64,000 nucleotides of DNA, from assembly GCA_965227045.1 (NCBI GenBank), contig OZ245718.1, positions 65,199 through 129,198 of the forward strand. Direction: 5' to 3'. Positions 1-8,416 of this stretch are shown here, in pieces. Source of the stretch: Actinomycetes bacterium. Lineage in GTDB: Bacteria > Actinomycetota > Actinomycetes > S36-B12. The notes below the pieces were generated by a model. The model was not told the origin of the DNA. It did no database searches and saw only the letters and a list, made by a program, of their open reading frames with translations. Each line of letters starts with the position of its first letter. Positions within the stretch are counted from its first letter, which is position 1. A program made the translations under genes and the position numbers.

Positions 1-423
1 CACGTCGGGGCGATGCTCGAACTGCATCTGGGCCAGTCCGGCGTGCCGTCGATGGGCGTCACCGCACAGGTTCCCCACTACCTCGTGCAGTTCGACTTCC
101 CGCGCTCGGCGGTCACGCTGCTGCAGGGCGTGGGCGCCGCGGCGGGTCTCACGCTGCCGATCGTCGATCTCGAGGCCGCGGCCCGTCGCGCCGATGAGGA
201 GGTCAGCGCGCAGCTGGAGGGCAACGAGGAGTTCGCCACCGTGGTGTCTGCGCTCGAGCAGCAGTACGACCAGATGGCGGCCATCTCCACCGGTGCAGCC
301 GGGGGACTCGGTGACCTTGCCGGGGGCCACATGCCGACCGGCGACGAGATCGCCGCGCAGGTGGAGCTCTTCTTGTCCAGCCTCGAGGACCCCGACGACC
401 CGAGCAAGCAAACCGACGCCTAG
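1..423 (+). CDS. PAC2 (proteasome assembly chaperone-like) family protein, C-terminal part; the 5' end lies outside the window
   Basis: The frame is open from base 1 to the TAG at 421-423. The segment TAQVPHYLVQFDFPRSAVTLLQGV resembles the conserved core of actinobacterial PAC2 proteins, and the C-terminus is acidic. Confidence 0.55.
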   Translation, partial: HVGAMLELHLGQSGVPSMGVTAQVPHYLVQFDFPRSAVTLLQGVGAAAGLTLPIVDLEAAARRADEEVSAQLEGNEEFATVVSALEQQYDQMAAISTGAAGGLGDLAGGHMPTGDEIAAQVELFLSSLEDPDDPSKQTDA

Positions 424-498
424 CCCCACCTCCTTGCGTCTGTCCCGGGATCGAACGGGTTCGATGCGAGCCGAATTGGAACCAGCGAGACTGATCCC

Positions 499-855
499 GT
501 GGACGCGGTGAGCAGTAATCACCATGAGGTCCTCGCCTGCGAGCGAGAACTCCTGACGTCCAGCTGCCGCGCCGATCCACAGCGACTTCACGAGTTGCTT
601 CATGAGGAGTTCCGCGAGTTCGGCGCTTCCGGCCGCGCGTGGACTCGAGCCGAGATCGTTGAATCGCTCGGACAAGCACCCGGAGTCGACGGCGACGCTG
701 TCGACTTCGTCGTCAGGGAACTCGCGAACGAGATCGTGCTCCTGACCTACCGAATCGAGGGCGACCGCCCGTCGCTGCGCAGTTCCGTGTGGGTTCGCGT
801 CTACGGGTCTTGGCGACTGCTCTTCCACCAGGGCACCGGGAGGGGCGGGGGCTAG
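499..855 (+). CDS. NTF2-like (SnoaL/DUF4440-type) small protein
   Basis: 118-aa ORF. The pattern LHELLHEEFREFGASGRAWTRAEIV...VLLTYRI...SSVWVR is typical of the NTF2-fold DUF4440 family. The GTG start is uncertain. Confidence 0.55.
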   Translation: MDAVSSNHHEVLACERELLTSSCRADPQRLHELLHEEFREFGASGRAWTRAEIVESLGQAPGVDGDAVDFVVRELANEIVLLTYRIEGDRPSLRSSVWVRVYGSWRLLFHQGTGRGGG

Positions 856-2420
856 CGGCAGACGGTTCCAGCAGCCGGCATCGTCCCGGTCAGCAGGTAG
901 CCACTGACCGCCTTGTCGATGCAGGACGAGCCGTTGCCGTATGCGGTATGCCCGTCACCGCGGTAGGTCAACAGGGTCGACGTCTTCAGCTGATTGCTCA
1001 GCGCGACGGCCCACCAGTACGGGGTCGCGGGGTCGAAGGTCGTCCCGACGACGAGGATCGGCGCCGTGGTGCTGCTCGACGCGGGCGCTGGCTTACGGGC
1101 GGCGTGCCCGAACCACTTGTTGCACGGCGCGTTGCCCCACGCCATCGAGATCGCGAGTTCTGGCACCGGGGCATGAGCCGACCACTTAGCCGCGGCTGCC
1201 CGAAGGCCGTCCGCACTAGGCGGCTGCGGCATGTCCCAGCATGAGATCGCGTAGAACGCGGATGTCTGGTTGCTGCCGTAGGTGTTCGGGCCGATGCGAT
1301 CGTTGGCGTAGTCGGCGATCGCCAGCATGCCCGTGCCGTCATTCGAGGCCGCCTGGCCCAGTGCGTTGCGAAGGGATGGCCACAACGAGGTCGAGTACAT
1401 CGGGTAGAACAACGCGGTGAGCGCCTCCGCCTGAGTCAGGACTCGACGGGAATCCGTCGGCATGGGTGACGCATCGAGTTTCGCGAGAATCGTGTTGATG
1501 CCGGCGATCACGGCCTTCGCGCTCGTCCACGGGCATGATGCGCGCTTCGCGCAGTCGGCCGCGAAGCGGGTGATCGCCTTCTGGAATCCTCGAGACTGGC
1601 CCTCGGAGACCTGCATCGCGTCCAGGCTCGGGTCAAGTGCGCCGTCGAGCACCATGCGTCCTACGCGGTCAGGGAACAGCTCCGCGTAGAGCGTGCCCAG
1701 ATACGTGCCATAGGAGTAGCCGAGCCAGTTCAGGTGGGCATCGCCGAGGGTCTCGCGCAGGATGTCCATGTCGCGAATGGTGTTCTCGGTGCCGACGTTG
1801 CGGGCGAGCGCTGGGGAGCGCTGCAGGCACCCCTGGGGGATGTCGCCGGCCAGCCGCATGAGCCGGCGCTCTTCCGCCGAGGTGTTCGGCGAGCCGTCGA
1901 CCGCCAGCCACACCGTCGTCTGCCGACCGGTCAGGCAGGTGATCGGTGCCGACTGGCCGACACCCCGGGGATCGAAGCCGACGATGTCGAATTGCACGTT
2001 GACGTTCGCGGCGATCGCCTGCGCCACGTAAGCGGTGAACCCGACCCCGGAGCCGCCTGGACCGCCCGGGTTGATGACGACGGAGCCCTGACGGCTCGTC
2101 GCAGGTCCCGTTGCGACAGCCCTGGCCACGCGAACGCGGATGGTGGCCCCGGCGGGCTTCGCGTAGTCGAGGGGGACCGTCAGCCAAGCGCACGTCAGCC
2201 CGTCGTCGCACTCGCTCCACGCGAGGACCTGCCCGTAGTACGCCGCGAGTTCGGGAGCATTGACCGCAGCCGTGGCGTTCGTCACAGGGGCGGCCAGCGG
2301 GCTGACCGCGGCGGCCGTCGCTGGTCCTGCAGGAAGGGCGACGCCGACGCCCACGGCGGCGGCAATCACGAGGCAGGAGGTGCGCGAGAAGCGCGTGAAC
2401 GAGCGAGTTCGGAGGGTCAC
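852..2420 (-). CDS. Secreted alpha/beta hydrolase, tripeptidyl-aminopeptidase (TAP)-like family
   Basis: It has a signal-like N-terminus (RTRSFTRFSRTSCLVIAAAVGVGVALPAGPATAAA) and a nucleophile elbow GYSYG. The size fits the Streptomyces Tap-like family. I took the GTG at 2420 as the start, but the ORF stays open to 2486. Confidence 0.8.
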   Translation of the reverse strand: MTLRTRSFTRFSRTSCLVIAAAVGVGVALPAGPATAAAVSPLAAPVTNATAAVNAPELAAYYGQVLAWSECDDGLTCAWLTVPLDYAKPAGATIRVRVARAVATGPATSRQGSVVINPGGPGGSGVGFTAYVAQAIAANVNVQFDIVGFDPRGVGQSAPITCLTGRQTTVWLAVDGSPNTSAEERRLMRLAGDIPQGCLQRSPALARNVGTENTIRDMDILRETLGDAHLNWLGYSYGTYLGTLYAELFPDRVGRMVLDGALDPSLDAMQVSEGQSRGFQKAITRFAADCAKRASCPWTSAKAVIAGINTILAKLDASPMPTDSRRVLTQAEALTALFYPMYSTSLWPSLRNALGQAASNDGTGMLAIADYANDRIGPNTYGSNQTSAFYAISCWDMPQPPSADGLRAAAAKWSAHAPVPELAISMAWGNAPCNKWFGHAARKPAPASSSTTAPILVVGTTFDPATPYWWAVALSNQLKTSTLLTYRGDGHTAYGNGSSCIDKAVSGYLLTGTMPAAGTVCR

Positions 2421-2540
2421 GGGCTCACCGTACGTCACGCTCAGCCCCGGCGAGGGCCATCGGACCCGTGTGGGTCGTTCGGCCAACTCGTGGCAGGCTT
2501 ATCGGATAGTCCCCGCTCCAGGGGCCCCGAGAGGACGCTC

Positions 2541-3563
2541 ATGAGCGGCAATGCCACGTATCGCTTCACCGACACCGCCGTGCTGTCCGTGTCAGCCGCT
2601 GATGCCCCGATCGTCGTCACCTCCGCGCAGTTCGACGAGCAGCTGACCGAGAGTTACGAGCGAGTCGGGCTGCGACCGGGCATGCTCGAGTCGCTGGCCG
2701 GGATCTCGGAGCGTCGCTGGTGGCCCGAGGACGTCACGTTCGCCGATGCGGCGGCGATGGCGGGTGCCAAGGCCATCGCCGAGGCTGGCATCGATCCCGC
2801 CTCCGTCGGCCTCCTCATCGACACCTCGGTCTGCCGCGATCACCTGGAGCCGTCGGCCGCCGTCGACGTGCACGAGCAACTGGGTCTGAGCACCGCGTGC
2901 CTGAACTTCGACCTGTCGAACGCGTGCCTGGGCTTCGTCAACGGCATGCAGCTGGCCAGCATGATGATCGACTCGGGCCAGATCGAGTACGCGCTCATCG
3001 TCGATGGGGAGGGCAGCCGTCGCACGCAGCAGGCCACGATCGCCCGGCTGCAGCGTCCCGAGACGACCAAGGACGACCTACTCGAGAACTTCGCGTCGCT
3101 CACGCTGGGATCCGGCGGAGCCGCCATGGTGCTCGGACGCGCGAGCGACCATCCCGAGGGGCACCGCTTCGTCGGCGGCGTGGCACGCGCGGCTACCGCG
3201 CACAACAAGCTGTGCGTGGGAGACCTCGACTCGATGCGCACCGACTCGCGCGGACTCCTTGAGGCAGGCGTCGAGCTCGCGATCGACACGTGGCGCGAGT
3301 CGCAGGAGATCTTCGACTGGTCCAACCTCGACGCGTACGTCATCCACCAGGTGTCCAAGGTGCACACCGCCGCGATCACCACGTCGCTCGGCATCGACCC
3401 GGCGCGCACGCCGATCATCTTCCCGACTCGCGGCAACGTCGGACCCGCATCCATCCCGTTCACGCTCGCCCTTCACTCGGCATCGTTCGAGGCCGGGCAG
3501 CGCATCGCGTGCATGGGCATCGGCTCCGGCCTGAACGCCGCGGTCATCGAAATCGCGTGGTAG
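2541..3563 (+). CDS. oleA: OleA, thiolase-superfamily (FabH-like) enzyme for head-to-head Claisen condensation of acyl-CoAs
   Basis: 340 aa starting MSGNATYRF. It has a KAS-III-like fold with the active-site Cys context DLSNACLGF and the C-terminal GSGLN motif. It sits directly upstream of the oleBC fusion and oleD. Confidence 0.85.
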   Translation: MSGNATYRFTDTAVLSVSAADAPIVVTSAQFDEQLTESYERVGLRPGMLESLAGISERRWWPEDVTFADAAAMAGAKAIAEAGIDPASVGLLIDTSVCRDHLEPSAAVDVHEQLGLSTACLNFDLSNACLGFVNGMQLASMMIDSGQIEYALIVDGEGSRRTQQATIARLQRPETTKDDLLENFASLTLGSGGAAMVLGRASDHPEGHRFVGGVARAATAHNKLCVGDLDSMRTDSRGLLEAGVELAIDTWRESQEIFDWSNLDAYVIHQVSKVHTAAITTSLGIDPARTPIIFPTRGNVGPASIPFTLALHSASFEAGQRIACMGIGSGLNAAVIEIAW

Positions 3564-6106
3564 CGCGAGGAGGCATCGAACCTGCGACGCTGCCCCCGGC
3601 GGGCCTGCCCGGCCTGCGGGCGGAGTGGTCGCGAATCGTGCCGGCACGTGACGGCGACGGGGTGCTGCGCACCTGGCACATCCTCGACTCCCACGCGGAC
3701 AGCCGTCCGGCGGCATTGACCCTGCTGTGCGTGCACGGCAATCCGACCTGGTCCTACCTGTGGCGACGACTGCTGGCCGATTCTCCTGACGACATTCGCG
3801 TCATCGCGGTCGACCAGCTCGACATGGGCTACTCCGAACGCACCGGCACCGTCCGCCGGCTGGCGCAGCGCGTCGACGACCTCACGGCGCTCACCGACGA
3901 GCTCGGCATCGACGGACCGGTCATTACTGTCGCCCACGACTGGGGCGGCCCGATCTCGCTTGGGTGGGCGCTGCGCCATCGCGCGCAACTGCGCGGAGTC
4001 GTCCTGGCGAACACGGCCGTCCACCAGCCCGCAGGATCGCCCTCGCCGGGCATCATCCGGCTCGCACGCTCGTCGCCGCTGCTCCGGCTGAACACGATCG
4101 ACACCCCGATCTTCGTCCGCGGCACCAGCGCGCTCAGCGGCCGTGCGATGCCGCGGAACGTGGCGGACGCATTCGCCGCTCCGTACCGCGGCCGTGACCG
4201 TCGGGAGGCGATCGGCGCCTTCGTCGCAGACATCCCGTTCGAGTCCGCGCACCCCAGTGCAGCGGCCCTCGACGCGATCGCCGAGGGGATCCGCGACCTG
4301 ACGGACGTGCCGGTGCTGCTGCTGTGGGGGCCCGGCGACCCGGTCTTCTCCGACCGCTACCTCGTCGACCTCATCGATCGGCTCCAGCATGCCGATGTGC
4401 ACCGCTACGAGGGCGCCCGCCACCTGGTGACCGAGGACGCCCCGAGGGCGGTCGATGACCTGCTCGACTGGGTGAGCGACATCCGCAGCGGCCCGGCCCG
4501 GCCCGCTGCCCCTCCGGCACCGGAGCTGCCGGCCCGCGCACCGCTCTGGGCCGCGCTCGACCGGCGCGCAGCGACGACCCCCGACGCGACCGCGCTCGCG
4601 GTTCCGGACGAATCGGGCGGCTGGCGGCTCATCTCGTGGTCGCTGATGGCCCGCAACGTCGACCTGCTCGGCCGGGGACTGAGCGCGAGGGGCGTTCGTC
4701 CCGGTGACCGGGTGGCCGTCCTCATCCCGCCGGGCGGAGACCTCATCGCGTGCGTCTACGCATGCTGGCGGATCGGGGCGACCGTCGTCGTCACCGACGC
4801 TGGGCTGGGCGTGCGCGGCATCCATCGCGCGCTTCGCGGCGCCGCGCCGCGGCACATCATCGGCATCCCCAAAGCCATGGCGCTGGTGCGCACCCTGCGC
4901 CTTCCAGGCCAGCGCATCGGTGTCGCGCAGCTTCCCCAGATCGCACGGCACGGGTTGGATGCACCGCTGCCGGACCCGCCGCACGACGATGACGTCGCCG
5001 TGATCGTGTTCACGTCGGGCTCCACCGGGCCGGCCAAGGGAGTCGTCTACCTGCACCGTCAGGTGCAGGTGACACGTGACCTCCTCATCGAGCACTACGG
5101 CATCACCGATGCCGACGCCCTCGTTGCGGCGTTCGCGCCGTGGGCGGTCCTCGGCCCGGCGATCGGCATCTCGTCGTCGCTCCCGGACATGGACGTCACG
5201 TCGCCGCGAACCCTCGAGGCGAGTGCACTCGCCGATGCCGTTCGCGTCGTCGACGGGACGCTGCTGTGGGCATCGCCGGCGGCCTTCACCAACGTGCTCG
5301 CGACGTCGGCCGGCCTCGATGACCGGCAGCGCAGATCCTTCGATTCGCTGCGGCTGGTCCTGGGCGCCGGTGCCCCGGTCTCGTCCGCACTCCTCCACGG
5401 CATGGGCGACCTCTGCCCGAACGCCGAGGTCCGCACGCCGTACGGCATGACCGAGGCGCTGCCGGTCTGCGACGTAACCGTCGGTGAGATCGACGCGGCC
5501 GGCCCGGGCGACGGGGTGCTCGTGGGCAGGCCGCTGCCCGGCGTTCTGGTGCGCATCAGCGCGGTCGACGCTGACGGCGTGGCGAGCGGACCGCTAAGCG
5601 AGGAGCGGGAAGTCCTCGGCGAGATTGTCGTCAGTGGTCCGCACCTGAAGGAGCGTTACGACCGGCTGTGGGCAACCCAGCGGGCGAGCGCTCGCGACGC
5701 GGGCTGGCACCGCACTGGCGACGTGGGGCATCTCGACGAGAGCGGACGCCTATGGATCGGCGGCCGCCTCGGCCACGTCATCACAACCCCCGACGGGCCG
5801 CTGGCTCCCGTCGGGGTGGAACAGCGCGTCGAGCGCCTTGGTCGCGTGCGCCATGCCGCGTGTGTCGGAGTCGGCCCGGTCGGCACCCAGGTGCCCGTCG
5901 TCATCGTCGTCACGGACGAGCCGCGCGACGGACTGGCTGACCTCGAGCTCACCGCTCTCGTTCGGGCGCAGGCGGGAGTCGCGGTGGCCGCCGTGATCGA
6001 GCGCCGCGAGTTGCCCGTCGACATCCGGCACAACTCGAAGGTCGACCGCGCGGCGCTGGCCCAACTGGCCAGTCGCCTGCTTGCCGGCCACGGGTCAACC
6101 TCGTGA
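3557..6106 (+). CDS. oleBC: OleB-OleC fusion: alpha/beta-hydrolase (beta-lactone decarboxylase) domain plus AMP-dependent synthetase (beta-lactone synthetase) domain
   Basis: The N-terminal domain carries HGNPTWSYLW and AHDWGG (haloalkane-dehalogenase-like). The C-terminal domain carries the adenylation motifs FTSGSTGPAKGV, YGMTE and TGDVG. The candidate GTG at 3557 overlaps the oleA stop, but the exact start is uncertain. Confidence 0.85.
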   Translation: MVARGGIEPATLPPAGLPGLRAEWSRIVPARDGDGVLRTWHILDSHADSRPAALTLLCVHGNPTWSYLWRRLLADSPDDIRVIAVDQLDMGYSERTGTVRRLAQRVDDLTALTDELGIDGPVITVAHDWGGPISLGWALRHRAQLRGVVLANTAVHQPAGSPSPGIIRLARSSPLLRLNTIDTPIFVRGTSALSGRAMPRNVADAFAAPYRGRDRREAIGAFVADIPFESAHPSAAALDAIAEGIRDLTDVPVLLLWGPGDPVFSDRYLVDLIDRLQHADVHRYEGARHLVTEDAPRAVDDLLDWVSDIRSGPARPAAPPAPELPARAPLWAALDRRAATTPDATALAVPDESGGWRLISWSLMARNVDLLGRGLSARGVRPGDRVAVLIPPGGDLIACVYACWRIGATVVVTDAGLGVRGIHRALRGAAPRHIIGIPKAMALVRTLRLPGQRIGVAQLPQIARHGLDAPLPDPPHDDDVAVIVFTSGSTGPAKGVVYLHRQVQVTRDLLIEHYGITDADALVAAFAPWAVLGPAIGISSSLPDMDVTSPRTLEASALADAVRVVDGTLLWASPAAFTNVLATSAGLDDRQRRSFDSLRLVLGAGAPVSSALLHGMGDLCPNAEVRTPYGMTEALPVCDVTVGEIDAAGPGDGVLVGRPLPGVLVRISAVDADGVASGPLSEEREVLGEIVVSGPHLKERYDRLWATQRASARDAGWHRTGDVGHLDESGRLWIGGRLGHVITTPDGPLAPVGVEQRVERLGRVRHAACVGVGPVGTQVPVVIVVTDEPRDGLADLELTALVRAQAGVAVAAVIERRELPVDIRHNSKVDRAALAQLASRLLAGHGSTS

Positions 6107-7080
6107 GGGTCCTGGTCACCGGCGGGCGCGGTCTGCTTGGCTCCGCCGTGGTGCGGGAACTGGTCGTCCGTGAACACCGCGTCACGGTGCTGCAGCGCAG
6201 TCCTGCCGGCCACGGCGGTGATGTCACCGAGGTTCTCGGCGACATCACCGAAGCGCGGGACGTGGCCCGTGCGATCGACGGCGCCCAGGCGGTGGTCCAC
6301 CTTGCCGCACGCGTGTCGATGGTCGGCGCGTGGCGCGACTTCGAGCGCGTCAACGTCGACGGCACCCGACTCGTGCTGGATCACGCGATCGCTGCTGGCG
6401 TCACCCGCTTCGTGCAGATCTCCTCGCCGTCGGTCGCGCATGCGGGAGATCCGCTGGTAGGCGTCCGCGCGATGCCGGCAGACCCGGAGCACGCACGCGG
6501 AAACTACGCACGCAGCAAGGCGATGGCCGAACTGCTCGCCCTGGCGGCCGATCGCGACGGATTTGCCGTCACGGCACTGCGGCCGCACCTCGTGTGGGGG
6601 CCGGGGGATACCCAGCTCGTCGGCCGAATTGCCGAACGCGCCCGCGGCGGGCGGCTCGTCCTCGTGGACGACGGAGCCGCGCTGATCGACACGACGTTCG
6701 TGACGAATGCCGCGGACGCCATCGCGCAGGCAGTCGACCGGTGCCATCAGCCCGACGTCCACGGCCGGGCCTTCGTGGTGAGCAATGGCGAGCCGCGCAC
6801 CGTGGCGGAGATCCTGGGTTCCATCGCGGTGGCCGCCGGGGCGAGGCCGCCGCATAGGCACGTCCCCTTCGCAGTCGCGCGCGCGGCCGGGGCGGCAATC
6901 GAGCGTGCGTGGCAGCGCGCGGGACGGCTGGGGGAGCCGCCGCTCACGGCATTCGTCGCCGAGCAACTGGGCACGGCGCACTGGTTCGACCAGCGTCAGA
7001 CCAGATCCGCCCTCGGCTGGGAGCCCCGGATCGGCCTCGACGAGGGATTCACGCTGCTCGCGGAGTCGTACTCGGCCTAG
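6103..7080 (+). CDS. oleD: OleD, NAD(P)-dependent reductase of the epimerase/dehydratase (SDR) family
   Basis: It has the Rossmann motif VLVTGGRGLLGS. The GTGA start/stop overlap with oleBC suggests translational coupling. This is the third gene of the ole cluster. Confidence 0.85.
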   Translation: MRVLVTGGRGLLGSAVVRELVVREHRVTVLQRSPAGHGGDVTEVLGDITEARDVARAIDGAQAVVHLAARVSMVGAWRDFERVNVDGTRLVLDHAIAAGVTRFVQISSPSVAHAGDPLVGVRAMPADPEHARGNYARSKAMAELLALAADRDGFAVTALRPHLVWGPGDTQLVGRIAERARGGRLVLVDDGAALIDTTFVTNAADAIAQAVDRCHQPDVHGRAFVVSNGEPRTVAEILGSIAVAAGARPPHRHVPFAVARAAGAAIERAWQRAGRLGEPPLTAFVAEQLGTAHWFDQRQTRSALGWEPRIGLDEGFTLLAESYSA

Positions 7081-7193
7081 AAGTTCATCAGAGCGAGGGC
7101 CAAATGGCGCGCGCCGTTACCGGGATCTGCACGGTACGTGCCGGAAGATTGAGCCCGTGCCTGTGGCACGTCCCTCTGGGGAACAGCGCACAA

Positions 7194-7222
7194 GGCCCCT
7201 CGAAGTATGAGTTCGAGGGGCC
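7194..7222. terminator. GC-rich hairpin, copy 1 (GGCCCCTCGAA-GTATGAG-TTCGAGGGGCC)
   Basis: Perfect 11-bp stem with a 7-nt loop. It lies between the convergent oleD (stop 7080) and the minus-strand gene ending at 7258. It is identical to the copy at 7990-8018. There is no U-tract. Confidence 0.55.
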
Positions 7223-7257
7223 GCTGCTGTGCTCGGGCCGCACGGCCCGTCGATCTG

Positions 7258-7545
7258 TCAGTACTTGCGAGGCGGACGGCCGTACTTGCGACGCAGCCGC
7301 TCAATCGGATCGGACTCCCTGGGCTGCTGGCCCGCTCCGAACACGCTCAGCAGGGCGAACTTCACGCCGTACGCGATGGTGTCGAGGAATCCGCGGAAAC
7401 CCGTACGCCTGGGCTCAGGCGCGAGCGGCTCCGCTGGCGGGGTCGGAGCGATCTCCTCCGGCTGTGGAGCGCGCAGGTGCTCGGGGGTTCCCAGTTGGTC
7501 CAGTCCGGGCTGCTCCTGGGCTGGTCGTGCGTCGGGGCTGCTCAT
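7258..7545 (-). CDS. Small Pro-rich hypothetical protein with one hydrophobic/amphipathic segment and a basic C-terminus
   Basis: 95-aa ORF. I read the codons by hand and third positions are predominantly G/C. It contains FLDTIAYGVKFALLSVFGAG and ends RLRRKYGRPPRKY. It lies downstream of, and on the same strand as, the HTH gene. Confidence 0.5.
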   Translation of the reverse strand: MSSPDARPAQEQPGLDQLGTPEHLRAPQPEEIAPTPPAEPLAPEPRRTGFRGFLDTIAYGVKFALLSVFGAGQQPRESDPIERLRRKYGRPPRKY

Positions 7546-7600
7546 GGGTCACCTCGTGTCAGTGGCTGGTACCACCTTGCGTACCCGTCTGCGGCTCGCC

Positions 7601-7933
7601 TCAAGCGTCGTGCATTGGCGGGAGCAGCTTCCCCTCGTCGATGAGCTCGCCGACGCGCGTCGGCGAGACGTCCAGAAGCCGGGCGAGATCCGACAGTCGG
7701 CCCACTGCCGCGCGCACGGAAATGGGCTCGCGCGAGGTGGCCTGACACAGTTCGGTGAGCGTGCTGGCGACCGCCTCGCCCAGGGTGTCGGCGGGCATGA
7801 GCACCGAGACCGAGGAGTTCGCGTTGGTGTGCTCCACCGAGGGACGTCGCGGTGCGAGGGCGTCGACGATGAATGCGATCTCCTCGTGCGCAAGCGCCGG
7901 CGCAGCGAGCTCAATGGTGACCTCGTACGGCAT
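7601..7933 (-). CDS. Helix-turn-helix DNA-binding protein with an unassigned N-terminal domain
   Basis: 110 aa with very high GC3. The C-terminal segment LSDLARLLDVSPTRVGELIDEGKL looks like an HTH. There is no SD; a TAGCGT (-10-like) sits 6 nt upstream of the ATG, so the transcript may be leaderless. Confidence 0.6.
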   Translation of the reverse strand: MPYEVTIELAAPALAHEEIAFIVDALAPRRPSVEHTNANSSVSVLMPADTLGEAVASTLTELCQATSREPISVRAAVGRLSDLARLLDVSPTRVGELIDEGKLLPPMHDA

Positions 7934-7983
7934 TCGCGCACGCTACACGCAGTCGCCCCCTCGGCGCGTACATCGCGGGGCAG

Positions 7984-8024
7984 CAGAAAGGCCCCTCGAA
8001 GTATGAGTTCGAGGGGCCTTTCTC
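7984..8024. terminator. Bidirectional intrinsic-terminator-like palindrome containing hairpin copy 2
   Basis: AGAAAGGCCCCTCGAA-GTATGAG-TTCGAGGGGCCTTTCT. The stem extends to 16 bp, with T-runs on both strands. The core at 7990-8018 is identical to 7194-7222. Confidence 0.65.
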
Positions 8025-8416
8025 CGAAAGCGCCCGCCCACCGCCCGATTTCTCGGGGCCCCGCAACTATGCAGATTGCGGTGCTCATACCGCGTTGCCG
8101 CGGCATCGGCGATGTCGTTCTCGCCTCCTCGATGCTCTCTCGCCGACCGATCCCGCCAGCACTCGGGATCCTTCGGTGACTTCCCCGAGGGGTTGCCTCC
8201 GTCGTATGGCCTTCGGTCCTTCATCGACCCGCACCTTGCGGCGCGGTAGGTAAGTTCTACTGGTCGGCTGCCGCGCTCAGCAAGGGCTTTTCGCAAAGAT
8301 TTCGAGGAAATTCTGACCCTTCGTTCACACTGTCACCAGCGGACTTCACACGTCACTCCTGAGCACCAGAATGCACGCGCGACGCGCGTCGAACTCGGGT
8401 TTGGTTGGATGGCGCA

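Noticed and set aside
1734-2540. The 609-aa ORF extending oleA upstream to 1734
   Set aside because: The upstream 269 codons are antisense to the well-supported secreted hydrolase gene and show no homology-like features. The conserved OleA sequence begins at the ATG at 2541.
3473-5398. 641-aa ORF antisense to oleBC, and similar long antisense or alternate-frame ORFs (for example 8333-9538, 12772-14466, 21772-23010, 35133-36521, 59455-60609)
   Set aside because: These are typical high-GC artefacts. The translations are Arg/Gly/Asp/His-rich with no recognisable motifs. They lie opposite genes with unambiguous conserved products.
7229-8179. 316-aa plus-strand ORF across the small-gene module
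   Set aside because: It is antisense to two minus-strand ORFs with much better third-position GC bias, and it runs through both terminator-like hairpins. There are no recognisable motifs.
7943-8296. 117-aa minus-strand ORF (or its 93-aa MKDRRPYDG… version)
   Set aside because: It reads through the strong bidirectional terminator, has only a mixed third-position composition and lacks a convincing SD. I kept it only as a note under the non-coding-gap finding.
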